A DNA stretch of 64,000 bases from an uncultured Collinsella sp. (GTDB lineage: Bacteria; Actinomycetota; Coriobacteriia; Coriobacteriales; Coriobacteriaceae). The DNA is taken from the NCBI GenBank assembly GCA_900763515.1, contig CAAFKO010000019.1:1684-65683 (forward strand). The letters are read 5' to 3'. Below, piece after piece: positions 1-9,275 of this stretch. Below the pieces are notes generated by a model, which saw only the letters and a list, made by a program, of their open reading frames with translations, was not told the origin of the DNA and ran no database searches. Made by a program: the position numbers and the translations under genes. Every line of letters begins with the position of its first letter. Position 1 is the stretch's first letter.

Positions 1-1
1 C

Positions 2-658
2 CGCCGTGACCTTGAGGAGCTTGCGAGCCTGGGCGAGATCGAGCGCGTGCACGGCGGAGCCCGCAGTGCGCAGGGCCGTCCACACGCTATGCTGCGCCAT
101 GAGTATTCGCACAGCGAAAAGCGCACCAAGCATGCCGAGGAAAAGCTGCAGATCGCGCGCCGCGCCGTGGAGCTTATCGAGGAAGGCTCGACCATCTTTT
201 TGGGTACGGGCACCACGGTTGAGCAGATGGCCTCGATGCTGCCGGCGTGCCGCCTGCGCATCGTGACTAACTCGCTTTCGGTCTTTAACCTGCTTGAGGC
301 GCGCGAGGACTGTGACCTGTGCCTGGTAGGCGGCATGTACCGTCGCCGCACCGCCGCTTTTGTGGGACCAACGGCCGAGGATACCCTGCGTGCACTGGGC
401 ATCGACGCGGCGTTTATCGGCGCCAACGGCATTTTGGACGGCGACGTGTCCACGTCTAACATGGAAGAGGGCCGCATCCAGCAGCTCGCCTTTAGCAAGG
501 CCGATTCACGCTACCTCATCGCCGACTCCAGCAAGATCGGCAAGCGCGACTTCTACACCTTCTGCCGCCTGGACAGTTTGGATGCCGTGGTGTGCGAGCC
601 GGGCGTCGCCGCCGAGGATCGTGTCGCCATCGAGGAACATACGCGGGTCATCTGCTAG
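2..658 (+). CDS. DeoR-family transcriptional regulator, 5' end cut by window edge
   Basis: Frame is open from nt 2 (RRDLEELASLGEIERVHGGAR...) to TAG 656-658. C-terminal DeoR sensor-domain signatures are IFLGTGTTV, AFIGANGI and LIADSSKIGKRDF. Confidence 0.8.
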   Translation, partial: RRDLEELASLGEIERVHGGARSAQGRPHAMLRHEYSHSEKRTKHAEEKLQIARRAVELIEEGSTIFLGTGTTVEQMASMLPACRLRIVTNSLSVFNLLEAREDCDLCLVGGMYRRRTAAFVGPTAEDTLRALGIDAAFIGANGILDGDVSTSNMEEGRIQQLAFSKADSRYLIADSSKIGKRDFYTFCRLDSLDAVVCEPGVAAEDRVAIEEHTRVIC

Positions 659-765
659 CTAATGCTACAGACGATACTTCTGCCCCTGCCGGCGCAGGGG
701 TTATCGCTTCACAATGACGCGTAAATAACTTTGGGCAACAAGGATGAGGCTATTCTGGGATATGA

Positions 766-1998
766 CTAGACTCCGTATTTCGTCTTTATGTCCCTTGAGA
801 ATGAATCGTAGTCTTCATAGAGCCCCTCTCTGCTTTCATCCTCGGCGTGGTTTACACGTTCAAGGAGCTTATCCTTTGGAGCCTCTTTTGTTATTGCGGC
901 CTCGCTATCGGGTATTGTGGATTGCAAGAATAGTTCTAGAGCATGGACGTCTTTGAGTATGTAGCCCGTCGAACGACCCGCTCCTGTTTTTTCGATTGCG
1001 CTGCAACTAACAAGCTGACCGAGGGTTCGTTTAACGGTAACCTCGCTGATATCGGGGCAGTTGGATCGGATGTCGGATTTCTTAATGACGCCGGGTCTCT
1101 GTTGAAATAGAACGGCGATGCGCGCTTGCTTCGACATGGGACGAGTGCTTGATTCAATTAGGGTACGCTGCTCGAGCTGTCGGTAGGCGGCCAGGGTTGT
1201 TCCGAGCATGAAACGGATAAAGGGTGCTTCGGTGTTTTGATTTTCATTCCATCCAATGGAGCTTGCAGCGAGGGCGTTGTAGTAGAGCGCCTTGTTGTCT
1301 TCAATAAGTCGTTCGATGCTGATGTAACGCGCAACGTCGTATCCAGTCTTTTCGAGTAGCAGCGTTGTAAGGAGCCGGCTCATCCTGCCATTGCCATCGT
1401 TGAAGGGATGAATGCTGACAAAATCGAAGATGAAGCGGAATGATATAAGGAGGGGGTCGCAAACTTGACGAGATAAGGCGTCGTTGAGGGACCGACAGGC
1501 TTCCTCGATAAGTCCGGGGGTTGCTAGGGCCGAAGGCGGCCTAAAGCGCACAAATCGATTGCCTTGATCGTCGATGGAGATGATTTCGTTATCGCTATCT
1601 TTCCAATGGCCCCCATACGAGATTGCTGTGTGTACCATGAGGTCACGATGCAACTGCAAAATGACCGATGGCGTTACGGGAATGAAATCGTGCTGCTCGT
1701 GAATAAGCGACAGCGCATCTCGGTATCCAGCGATTTCTTCCTCTGCGCGGGAGCTTGGCTTGGCGGAATACGCCATGATTGCTTTGAGTCTTTTTTGGGT
1801 GGTAACAATTCCTTCAAGTCCGTTGGAGGATTGGGTGCTTTGGATCTTAGCTTCCTCCATAAGTGACGATAGAAGTTCGGGTTTGACTTGACTCAGAGCA
1901 AGCTGTCGGCCTTTATGCTCGCGTATCGAGAGGAGGAGGTTGGTGATTGGAGTTGCTTCGAGTTCCGCTGGGACTGTGGTGTAATCGAACTGGCGCAT
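766..1998 (-). CDS. Fic-family protein (AMPylase type) with N-terminal auto-inhibitory motif
   Basis: 410-aa ORF with the canonical Fic motif HPFNDGNGRMSRLL. SNGLEG near residue 57 fits the (S/T)xxxE(G/N) inhibitory helix of class II Fic proteins. AAGGAG lies 4 nt upstream of ATG 1998. Confidence 0.85.
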   Translation of the reverse strand: MRQFDYTTVPAELEATPITNLLLSIREHKGRQLALSQVKPELLSSLMEEAKIQSTQSSNGLEGIVTTQKRLKAIMAYSAKPSSRAEEEIAGYRDALSLIHEQHDFIPVTPSVILQLHRDLMVHTAISYGGHWKDSDNEIISIDDQGNRFVRFRPPSALATPGLIEEACRSLNDALSRQVCDPLLISFRFIFDFVSIHPFNDGNGRMSRLLTTLLLEKTGYDVARYISIERLIEDNKALYYNALAASSIGWNENQNTEAPFIRFMLGTTLAAYRQLEQRTLIESSTRPMSKQARIAVLFQQRPGVIKKSDIRSNCPDISEVTVKRTLGQLVSCSAIEKTGAGRSTGYILKDVHALELFLQSTIPDSEAAITKEAPKDKLLERVNHAEDESREGLYEDYDSFSRDIKTKYGV

Positions 1999-2006
1999 GC
2001 GGCTCC

Positions 2007-2081
2007 TTTCGGTATCACGAACATACTTTCGATATCATAATACCATTAAATGATACCGAAAGTATGTTCGTGATACTGAAA
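2007..2081. promoter_or_regulatory. 75-bp near-perfect palindrome abutting the fic RBS (candidate operator or 5'-UTR hairpin)
   Basis: TTTCGGTATCACGAACATACTTTCG (2007-2031) matches the reverse complement of 2057-2081 at 24/25 positions. The AT-rich 25-nt spacer contains GATATCAT/ATGATACC. Confidence 0.6.
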
Positions 2082-2135
2082 ACTAGAAACCGTGCTTCAT
2101 AACTGCTTGGAAAGTTCGGATTCGACTATCTTATT

Positions 2136-2272
2136 GTCTTGATCTGTAACAGGTAGACGGTCGAAAGTGGGCTACGTGTTACAGATTTAGATATTTCTGC
2201 TCGGGCGTTCTGTTTGTCTCGATTTGTAACAACTAGGGCCGAAATACTCGGCTAGATGTTACAGATCGAGAC
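2136..2272. repeat. Array of 2 hairpin repeat units (GTCTCGATCTGTAACA-N25-TGTTACAGATCGAGAC family)
   Basis: Units lie at 2136-2192 and 2215-2272. Each has 15-16-bp inverted arms around a 25-nt loop. The same unit recurs at 6944-7240 and 12112-12247. Confidence 0.85.
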
Positions 2273-2294
2273 GAATGATCCGCTCGGGCCCACC

Positions 2295-2342
2295 AAAACA
2301 AAAAGGCCGCATGCGAACCCGTGGAGGGATTCGTATGCGGCC
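2295..2342 (-). terminator. Rho-independent terminator of the lacE1-lacG1 operon
   Basis: On the minus strand, the stem GGCCGCATACGAA/TTCGCATGCGGCC (12/13 bp) is followed by TTTTTGTTTT, 23 nt past the lacG1 stop. Confidence 0.75.
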
Positions 2343-2364
2343 GACAGGGGGTATGCGGCAAAAG

Positions 2365-3786
2365 TTAGGCCATAAGCAGGCCGGTCTCCGCGACGTTCTT
2401 GTACCAGTACGCACTCGCCTTGGGATAGCGCTTCTGGGTCTCAAAGTCGATGTAGAACAGGCCGTAGCGCTTGTTATAGCCGTTGGTCCAGGAGAACTGG
2501 TCCTGCAGCGACCACACAAAGTAGCCGTCGACGTTTACGCCGCCGTCAATTGCCTTGAGGATCCATGCGAGATGCTGACGCATGTAGTCGATGCGAGGGG
2601 CATCGTCGATAAAGCCGTCCTCGAAGTCGTCCTTATAGCCCATGCCGTTCTCGGTGATGTAGATCTTCTTGTAGTTGGGGTAATCGTTCTTAATGCGGAG
2701 CAGTAGGTCGTATAGGCCCTCGGGGTAGATGATCCAGTCCCAATCGGTGGTGGGTACGCCTTCGCGCACGCATGACTCGCCCACGCCCTTGAGGAACCAG
2801 CGCGAGGAGCCCTTGTCGCCGGTGCCATTGTGGTTGATGTCGTTTTCGCCCTCGGCGGCACGCAGGAACTGGCACTTGTAGGTGTTGACGCCCAGGCAAT
2901 CGTTGTAGGGGAGTGCGGCGGTCAGCGCGGCGATGTCCTCGTCGCGGACGTCGAGCTCGCCGCCGGCGATATGGGCCAGCTTGGTCGCAGCCTCCATGGT
3001 GTCGGCTGCATAGTGGCCGCGGAAGGTGGCGTCGAGTACCCAGCGGTTGTTGATGACGTCGGCCATGCGAGCTGCCTCGCAGTCGGCGGCGTTGTTGGGG
3101 TCGAGGGGATACTTGGGCTCCAGGTTCTGGACAATGCCGATCTCGCCCTCAAAGCCGCCCTCATGGAAGGCAACGACAGCCTTGGCGTGGGCCACCATCA
3201 TGTTGTGCATGAGCTGGAAGGCCTTGTCCAGGCGGTACTTCTCGCCGTGCGGCCAGTTGCCAACGATAAAGCTGCCCTCGGCGGTTGCGGGAATCTCGTT
3301 AAAGGTAAACCAGTGCTTGACCTCGGTGAACTCGGCAAAGCAGAACTTGGCGTACTCGACAAAGGCGTCGATCGTCGTGCGCGTCAGGAAGCCCTCGCCG
3401 CCGTTCTGGTAAAAGGCCTCGGGCGTATCAAAGTGATCGAGCGTGACATAGGGGATAACGCCAGCTTTGTTGCAGGTGGCAAAAAGCTCGTGATAGAAGG
3501 CAACACCCTCGGGGTTAATCTCACCGGTGCCGTTGGGGAAGATGCGGCTCCAAGCGATGGAGACGCGGATACCGTTGATGCCGAAGCGCTGGCACAGGTC
3601 GATATCGACCGGGTACTTGTTGTAGAAATCGCTTGCGGGATCGGGGGAGAAGCGACCCTGAGCAGCCAGGAAATCGTCCCAGGGCACTTTGCCCTTGCCG
3701 TGCGTGCGGGTCTCGCCCTCAACCTGGTAAGCAGCGGTGGCGCCGCCAAACACAAAGCCGTCGGGGAACTGCATGGGGTTGGTCAT
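2365..3786 (-). CDS. lacG: GH1 6-phospho-beta-galactosidase/glucosidase, cassette 1
   Basis: 473 aa. N-terminus is FVFGGATAAYQVEGE, acid/base motif WFTFNEI, nucleophile motif IYITENGMG. The C-terminal block KNDYPNYKKIYITENGMGYKD closely resembles Lactococcus LacG. Substrate (Gal-6P vs Glc-6P) was not resolved. Confidence 0.88.
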   Translation of the reverse strand: MTNPMQFPDGFVFGGATAAYQVEGETRTHGKGKVPWDDFLAAQGRFSPDPASDFYNKYPVDIDLCQRFGINGIRVSIAWSRIFPNGTGEINPEGVAFYHELFATCNKAGVIPYVTLDHFDTPEAFYQNGGEGFLTRTTIDAFVEYAKFCFAEFTEVKHWFTFNEIPATAEGSFIVGNWPHGEKYRLDKAFQLMHNMMVAHAKAVVAFHEGGFEGEIGIVQNLEPKYPLDPNNAADCEAARMADVINNRWVLDATFRGHYAADTMEAATKLAHIAGGELDVRDEDIAALTAALPYNDCLGVNTYKCQFLRAAEGENDINHNGTGDKGSSRWFLKGVGESCVREGVPTTDWDWIIYPEGLYDLLLRIKNDYPNYKKIYITENGMGYKDDFEDGFIDDAPRIDYMRQHLAWILKAIDGGVNVDGYFVWSLQDQFSWTNGYNKRYGLFYIDFETQKRYPKASAYWYKNVAETGLLMA

Positions 3787-3861
3787 GAGTCATCCTTTCT
3801 GTGGGATACGAATAGGGAGAGGTGCCCGAACCGGGAATCCGGGCACCAACAGAGGGAGGAA

Positions 3862-5640
3862 CTAGTCGAGGTTCTCGCGGAGCCACTTGATGGCGCCAGC
3901 GGGGTCGCGGGTAAGGTCGATATATTCCTTACCGCGGGGAGCGAGCAGCTTAATGCCCAGACGATCGGTGTCGGCCTTCATGTCGTTGTAGTAGCTACGA
4001 ACCTGCGGGGCGAGCACGATGACGTCGTACTGATCCATGATGGCAGTGTGCTGACCATAGGCGCCTGCGGAGGAAGCGATGTTCTCTCCGGTCTGCGCAG
4101 CACCTTCCTTGATGGCGTTGGCAAGCATGGCAGAGGTGCCGGCGCCGGCGCACAGGACGAGGACCTTCAGACCGTCGACATCCTTCTTAGCGGATGCGTT
4201 GGCGGCGGGCTCGGGCTGATCGGCGACAGGCTCGCTGTCGGCGGCAGCGGCGGTCGGCTCGACGGAAGCGGTAGTCTGTTCGACAGCGGGCGCAGAGGTG
4301 CTGGCGGCGATGGTGGCAGCACCATCGGACTCGAGACCCAGCTCGGCGGCGCGCTCGGCCTCCTGGTCGCAGAGCAGCTTATCGTATGCCTTCAAGAACG
4401 GCAGGTAGATGATGGCGTCCAGCAAGATGATGATTGCGACAAATACCAGGGCGATAAGCTGGAAGTTCGTGGTGATGAAAATGCCGATGGGGGCAGGGGT
4501 GGCCCAAGGCACCACGAAGGAGAAGCCGTTCATGCCCACGTTATCGATAAAGAACTTGGCAACACTCACGTTGACGCAGCCGGCGGCAACAAAGGGAATG
4601 AGCATGTAGGGGTTAAGGATCATCGGCGCGCCAAAGAGCAGCGGCTCGTTGACAGCAAAGGCAACAGGAACAATCGAGGCCTTACCGACGGCTTTGAGCT
4701 GCTTGGACTTCATAAAGAGAATCAGCAGAAGCGGCACGATGAACGTGGCGCCGGTGCCGCCGAACTCACCCACGAGCGACATGTTAAAGGTGAGGGAGTG
4801 GGCGGGGTGGCCGCCTGCCAGCAGAACCTGCAGGTTCTCGGCCTGGTTGGCAAGACGGATGGGGTCGATGCCCGGCTGGACGATCGAAGGACCGTGGACG
4901 CCGATGAACCAGAAGAACGCGGTGGCCGCCTGAATAAGGATGAGTCCGGGGTAGGTCTCTGCTGCGGTGAAGAGCGGGGAGAGCAGCTTGATGAGCAGCT
5001 CGGAGAACGGAACGCCCATGAGGTTGCGCACAACCACATCGATGATGCCGCAGATGATGACGGCGCCGCCAAAGGGGATGATGTCGCGGAAGTTCTGAGC
5101 GATGGCGCCCGGGACCTCCTTGGGCAGCTTAATGGTCAGATCGCGCGAGACGCAGAACTTATAAACCCACACGGTAATGAACGCGGCGATATAGGCCGAG
5201 AACAGACCGCGCGTACCCATGCTGGTGCAATCGAAGACCGAAAGCTCGGAGCCGTCGAACTTGGTGGTGAACTGCGTAACAGCGAGCAGCAGCATGCTGC
5301 ACTGGGCGGCCACCATGGTGGAGCCGTCGTTGAGCACCTTGCCGGCGGGCATGCGACGGTTCATGGAAGCCGTGAAGTTCTTGGCGGTGGTGCCGGCAAC
5401 CATGATGCCCATAACGCCCATGGTGAAGTTGTACAGCTTGTTGCACCAGTCGATGAGCGGCTGGGGCAGCGTGATGCCAACTACGCCAGGAAGGGTGGCG
5501 ATCAACAGGAAGATCGAAGAGGTGAGGACAATGGGCATGCACCCAAGGAATCCGTCCTTAATGGCCTGGAGGTAGACGTTCCTCGAGATCTTCTCAAAGA
5601 ACGGTTGATGCTTTTCGAGCATCTTTACGATGGCGTCCAT
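3862..5640 (-). CDS. lacE: PTS lactose/cellobiose-family EIICB, cassette 1
   Basis: 592 aa. The N-terminal EIIC has LQAIKDGF and VNEPLLFGAP. An Ala/Glu/Pro-rich linker leads to a C-terminal EIIB with the phospho-Cys loop LVLCAGAGTS. AAGGAG RBS precedes the ATG. Confidence 0.9.
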   Translation of the reverse strand: MDAIVKMLEKHQPFFEKISRNVYLQAIKDGFLGCMPIVLTSSIFLLIATLPGVVGITLPQPLIDWCNKLYNFTMGVMGIMVAGTTAKNFTASMNRRMPAGKVLNDGSTMVAAQCSMLLLAVTQFTTKFDGSELSVFDCTSMGTRGLFSAYIAAFITVWVYKFCVSRDLTIKLPKEVPGAIAQNFRDIIPFGGAVIICGIIDVVVRNLMGVPFSELLIKLLSPLFTAAETYPGLILIQAATAFFWFIGVHGPSIVQPGIDPIRLANQAENLQVLLAGGHPAHSLTFNMSLVGEFGGTGATFIVPLLLILFMKSKQLKAVGKASIVPVAFAVNEPLLFGAPMILNPYMLIPFVAAGCVNVSVAKFFIDNVGMNGFSFVVPWATPAPIGIFITTNFQLIALVFVAIIILLDAIIYLPFLKAYDKLLCDQEAERAAELGLESDGAATIAASTSAPAVEQTTASVEPTAAAADSEPVADQPEPAANASAKKDVDGLKVLVLCAGAGTSAMLANAIKEGAAQTGENIASSAGAYGQHTAIMDQYDVIVLAPQVRSYYNDMKADTDRLGIKLLAPRGKEYIDLTRDPAGAIKWLRENLD

Positions 5641-5743
5641 AGAGCTCCTTTGCTACTTGATGCGCGATGCATGTGGATGGAACTGGTCGTCGATGGATGG
5701 TCAGGACTGCCCGGAAACCTTCCTGCTTAAGGAAGGCATTGCG

Positions 5744-5786
5744 AAATGACAACGTTGTCATTTCGTTAATGACAACGTAAGACATT
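5744..5786. promoter_or_regulatory. Two LacI-type operators in the lacE1/lacI1 divergent region
   Basis: AAATGACAACGTTGTCATTT (5744-5763) is a perfect 20-bp palindrome. TAATGACAACGTAAGACATT (5767-5786) is imperfect. Both have the central CG typical of LacI/GalR operators. Confidence 0.75.
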
Positions 5787-5831
5787 TTTGGAAGAGCAAC
5801 AAGGATATACGGGTGAGCGGTCGATATTGTC

Positions 5832-5844
5832 CGGTAAACGGTTG
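5832..5844 (+). promoter_or_regulatory. CGGTGAACGGTA-family motif (variant) upstream of lacI1
   Basis: CGGTAAACGGTTG. Confidence 0.35.
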
Positions 5845-5924
5845 ATTTATCAGTCAGGCAGGTAGTGTATGCTAGAACGCAAAAAACAAGCGATAAAGAA
5901 CCGAGTGGAGAAGCAGTGGCAACG

Positions 5925-6926
5925 ATGGACAAGAAAAATGTCTCGATGAACGATGTGGCGATTGCCGCGGGCGTTTCTCTCAAGACGGTGTCGCGCGTGA
6001 TCAATGAGCCCGAAAGCGTGCGAGAGTCGACACGCGATAGGGTCCATGCTGCCATGGAAGCGCTTGGGTTCCGGGCGAACTTTGCCGCGCGTTCACTCAA
6101 GTTGGGCCGTTACGGGTGCATCGGCGTGGTGCTGTTCCACTTGTCGGGCGGCGCCGTGGACATGATTGACGGTATCGCCGATGCCGCCGAAGAGCGAGGC
6201 TTTGCGCTCACGATGATCAAAAAGCGGGCTGGGGAAAAGATGACCCTTGCCGAAGCGGCGCGTAGGATGTCGCAGCTGCCTGTTGATGGCATGATCTTCA
6301 ACCTGCGTCAGATGGTCGATGACTTTGATACCTTTGAGGCGCCGAAAGACCTCAAGACGGTGATTATCACACCGATGGAACATCCTACCTGCTCCACCGT
6401 CAGTGACGATCAAGAGGGTGGTGCGCACATGGCGTGCGAGTACTTCTTGAATCGCGGGCATAAAAACGTGTACTTCGTCTCTGGTAAGAAAGAGTCGCTG
6501 TCGAGCCAGTGCCGTATGAAAGGTTGGCGTGCGGCGCTCGAGGCGCGTGGCATTGAGCCGCCCGAGCCTCTGCAAGGCGATTGGAATGCGGATAGTGGCT
6601 ATGCCGCAGGCCTTGCGCTTGCCGATAAACCCGATTGCACGGCGGTCCTCGCCGCTAACGACTGCATGGCAAACGGCGTGATGATGGCTCTACGTGACAA
6701 AGGGCTCGGTGTGCCCGACGACGTGTCCGTGATCGGCTTCGACGATGAGCTCTACAAGACGATTCCCAACTCGATTCTGACGTCGGTGAAGTTTCGCCAC
6801 CGCGAGCTGGGCATCCGTGCGCTTAACGAGGTCGTTGCAGGTCTGGAAGCCCCGAGCTCCAGAAGTCGTACGCTCGTCTCGGGCGTGTTGGTCGAGCGTT
6901 CCAGCGTAAGGGATCTGCGGGCGTAG
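5925..6926 (+). CDS. LacI-family transcriptional regulator, cassette 1
   Basis: HTH is VSMNDVAIAAGVSLKTVSRVINE, followed by a periplasmic-binding-fold core. The ORF is open from 5865, but ATG 5925 (MDKKNVSMNDVA) has GGAGAAG upstream and gives the normal 333-aa length. Confidence 0.85.
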   Translation: MDKKNVSMNDVAIAAGVSLKTVSRVINEPESVRESTRDRVHAAMEALGFRANFAARSLKLGRYGCIGVVLFHLSGGAVDMIDGIADAAEERGFALTMIKKRAGEKMTLAEAARRMSQLPVDGMIFNLRQMVDDFDTFEAPKDLKTVIITPMEHPTCSTVSDDQEGGAHMACEYFLNRGHKNVYFVSGKKESLSSQCRMKGWRAALEARGIEPPEPLQGDWNADSGYAAGLALADKPDCTAVLAANDCMANGVMMALRDKGLGVPDDVSVIGFDDELYKTIPNSILTSVKFRHRELGIRALNEVVAGLEAPSSRSRTLVSGVLVERSSVRDLRA

Positions 6927-6943
6927 ACGTGCTCGGCCTGCTC

Positions 6944-7240
6944 GTCTAAATCTGTAACAGGTGGGACCCGAAAACTCGGCTAGATGTTACAGATTTAGAC
7001 AATTCGGCCCGGCTTATTCCGTTTGTCTCGATCTGTAACAGTTAGGAGTGAAATGACCAGCCAGGTGTTACAGATCTAGATTGATTGGATTGACCCATCT
7101 GTTTGTCTCGATCTGTAACATCTAAGCGGTCAAAAGCGGTCTACATGTTACAGATTGAGATTTTTGGCTTGGCCTGTGCGTTCACCTCGATCTGTAACAG
7201 CTGGGACCCAAAAACTCGGCTAGATGTTACAGATTAAGAT
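6944..7240. repeat. Array of 4 hairpin repeat units (TGTAACA-N25-TGTTACA family)
   Basis: Units lie at 6944-7000, 7025-7080, 7105-7160 and 7184-7240. Most are preceded by the conserved lead-in CYGTTTGTCTCGAT. Loops fall into two sequence classes shared with the other arrays. Confidence 0.9.
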
Positions 7241-7265
7241 GAACAGGAGGACGGGTGCGGTCTAA

Positions 7266-7312
7266 ACAAAATGGCCCGCGCATCACGCATCGATGCACGG
7301 GCCATTTTTTTC
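7266..7312. terminator. Bidirectional rho-independent terminator (lacI1 / lacE2 convergent)
   Basis: The stem ATGGCCCGCGCAT...ATGCACGGGCCAT is flanked by AACAAAA on one side and TTTTTTT on the other. Confidence 0.75.
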
Positions 7313-7338
7313 TGCGGGCGGTAGGTGGCGTCAGCGTC

Positions 7339-9099
7339 TTATGCCTCGAGGTTTTCCTCGATCCAGGCGACGGCACCCTTGGGATCCTTAGTGAGGTCGA
7401 TGTACTGTTTGCCCTTGGGCGACAGCAGCGTGATACCCAGGCGGTCGGTGTCGGCCTTCATCTCGTTGTAATAGGTGCGAACCTGCGGAGCCAGGACGAT
7501 GACGTTGTACTGGTCCATGATGGCGTAGTGGCTGCCGTAGGCACCGGCGTTGGCGGTAATGTCGATGCCCAGCTCGTCGGCGCCTTCCTTAAGCGCGTTG
7601 GCGAGCAGTGCAGAGGTGCCGGCGCCAGCGCACAGAACCAGAACCCTCAGATCCTTGCCCTTAAGGGCGGACGGAGCTGCGGAGGCCTCAGTGGCAGAAG
7701 CGGTCTCGACAACAGGAGCCTCAACGGCGGGGGCGGCAGCGGTCTTGACGGCCTTGGTCTCCTCGGCCTCTTCTTCGGCCAGGGTCTCGGCCTCCTGCTT
7801 GCACAGGACGTTGTCGTAGGCCTTGCAGAACGGGTAGTAGATTAAGAAGTCAACGACCAGCAGGACGACAACCAGGACCAGAGAGATCGGCTGGAAGTTG
7901 GTGTCGATGAAGGTGCCGATCGGTCCGGGGAGTGCCCACGGCATGGCATAGATAAAGCCGTTCATGCCCAAAAAGTCGATGAAGAACTTACCAATGAGGA
8001 CGTTGGCCACGGGGGCAAACAGGAACGGGATCAGGAAGTACGGGTTGAGGATGATGGGCGCGGCGAACAGCAGCGGTTCGTTGACGGCGAACATCACGGG
8101 TACGACAGAGGCTTTGCCGACGGCCTTGAGCTGCTTGGAGCGCATAAAGAGCAGGAAGATGATCGGGACAATGAACGTGGCGCCGGTGCCGCCGAGTTCG
8201 CCGATGTAGTTACCGAAGTTCTCGGTCAGGGCGAGGGCGGGGTGACCGCCGGCCTGCAGCGTGGCGAGGTTGGTGGTGATGTTGCCAAACAGCGCGGCGT
8301 TGAGGGCAGGCTTAACGACCGAGGGGCCGTGGATGCCCATGAACCAGAACAGCGGGATCATGAACCAGATGAGGGCGAGGCCGGCGTAGGAATCGGCAGC
8401 GGCGAACAGCGGGCTCACCAGCGTGGAGATGACGTTGGCAAACGGGACGGCCAAGCAGGTGCGGCAGATAACGTCGATGACGGCGACAAACAGGATGGAG
8501 AAGCTGAAGGCGAAGATGTCGCGGAAGTTCTGGGCGATGGCGCCGGGGACTTCTTTGGGCAGCTTGATGGTGATGTCTCGCTTAATGCAGAAGGCATAGA
8601 TGTTGACCGTGGCAAATGCGGCGACAAAGGAGCTCAGTAGGCCCTTGGTGCCCATGTTGTCGGTAAAGAACACCGAGACATCGGCGCCGTCGATCTTGGC
8701 ACTCGTCTGGGTAACGGCCAAGATGAGCATAGCGCACATGGCGGCGACCATGGTGCTCGTGGCGTTGATGGCCTTGCCGGCAGGCATGCGGCGGTTCTTG
8801 GAGCCGGTCAGCGCGCTTGCGGTGGTGCCGGCGACCATGATGCCCACGACGCCCATCGTGAAGTTGTAAACCTTGTTGCAGAAGTTCACGACGTCGACGT
8901 TCCACCAGTCGGGCAGCGTAAAGCCGCCGACCGTGGCGACAACGCCCGGCAGGGTCGAAATAAGCAGGAAGACAGAAGAAGACAGGATGATGGGCATTGC
9001 TGCCAAAAAGCCGTCTTTAATGGCCTGAAGGTAGATGTTCTTAGAGACCTTGTCGAAGTACGGCTGACCTTTCTCCAAGAACTTAACGATCGATTCCAT
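7339..9099 (-). CDS. lacE: PTS lactose/cellobiose-family EIICB, cassette 2
   Basis: 586 aa. The N-terminus MESIVKFLEKGQPYFDKVSKNIYLQAIKDGF is paralogous to cassettes 1 and 3. EIIB loop is LVLCAGAGTS. GAGGAG RBS is present. Confidence 0.9.
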   Translation of the reverse strand: MESIVKFLEKGQPYFDKVSKNIYLQAIKDGFLAAMPIILSSSVFLLISTLPGVVATVGGFTLPDWWNVDVVNFCNKVYNFTMGVVGIMVAGTTASALTGSKNRRMPAGKAINATSTMVAAMCAMLILAVTQTSAKIDGADVSVFFTDNMGTKGLLSSFVAAFATVNIYAFCIKRDITIKLPKEVPGAIAQNFRDIFAFSFSILFVAVIDVICRTCLAVPFANVISTLVSPLFAAADSYAGLALIWFMIPLFWFMGIHGPSVVKPALNAALFGNITTNLATLQAGGHPALALTENFGNYIGELGGTGATFIVPIIFLLFMRSKQLKAVGKASVVPVMFAVNEPLLFAAPIILNPYFLIPFLFAPVANVLIGKFFIDFLGMNGFIYAMPWALPGPIGTFIDTNFQPISLVLVVVLLVVDFLIYYPFCKAYDNVLCKQEAETLAEEEAEETKAVKTAAAPAVEAPVVETASATEASAAPSALKGKDLRVLVLCAGAGTSALLANALKEGADELGIDITANAGAYGSHYAIMDQYNVIVLAPQVRTYYNEMKADTDRLGITLLSPKGKQYIDLTKDPKGAVAWIEENLEA

Positions 9100-9275
9100 A
9101 GTTCACGCTCCTCTTTGCATGAAATCTTAATGGCATGGACGTTGAAAACCTATATGGTCTCCCGCTTGCTAAAAGCCCGGGTGCAGGCGGGGTCGGTCCC
9201 AGGGGGAGAGAGGGGAGCGGCTGGGTTTGTATCGCATAGGGCCGCTCCCCTCTCGGGGGAAAGCGAGGCGATGCG

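Noticed and set aside
2830-5730. Very long antisense ORFs in the track: 2830-5730 (966 aa), 30964-34167 (1067 aa), 45848-48196, 44022-45812, 51196-53154, 12319-13815, 60-61 kb and others.
   Set aside because: Each is the mirror of a well-supported gene on the other strand. Their translations are low-complexity G/A/V/D/L/R-rich strings with no motifs and no RBS. Stop-free antisense frames are expected in 60% GC DNA.
6944-7240. Regularly spaced TGTTACAGAT repeats considered as a possible CRISPR array.
   Set aside because: The repeats alternate in orientation (inverted pairs forming hairpins). The intervening 'spacers' are themselves conserved between units and arrays. Unit spacing is irregular, and no cas genes or leader are present.
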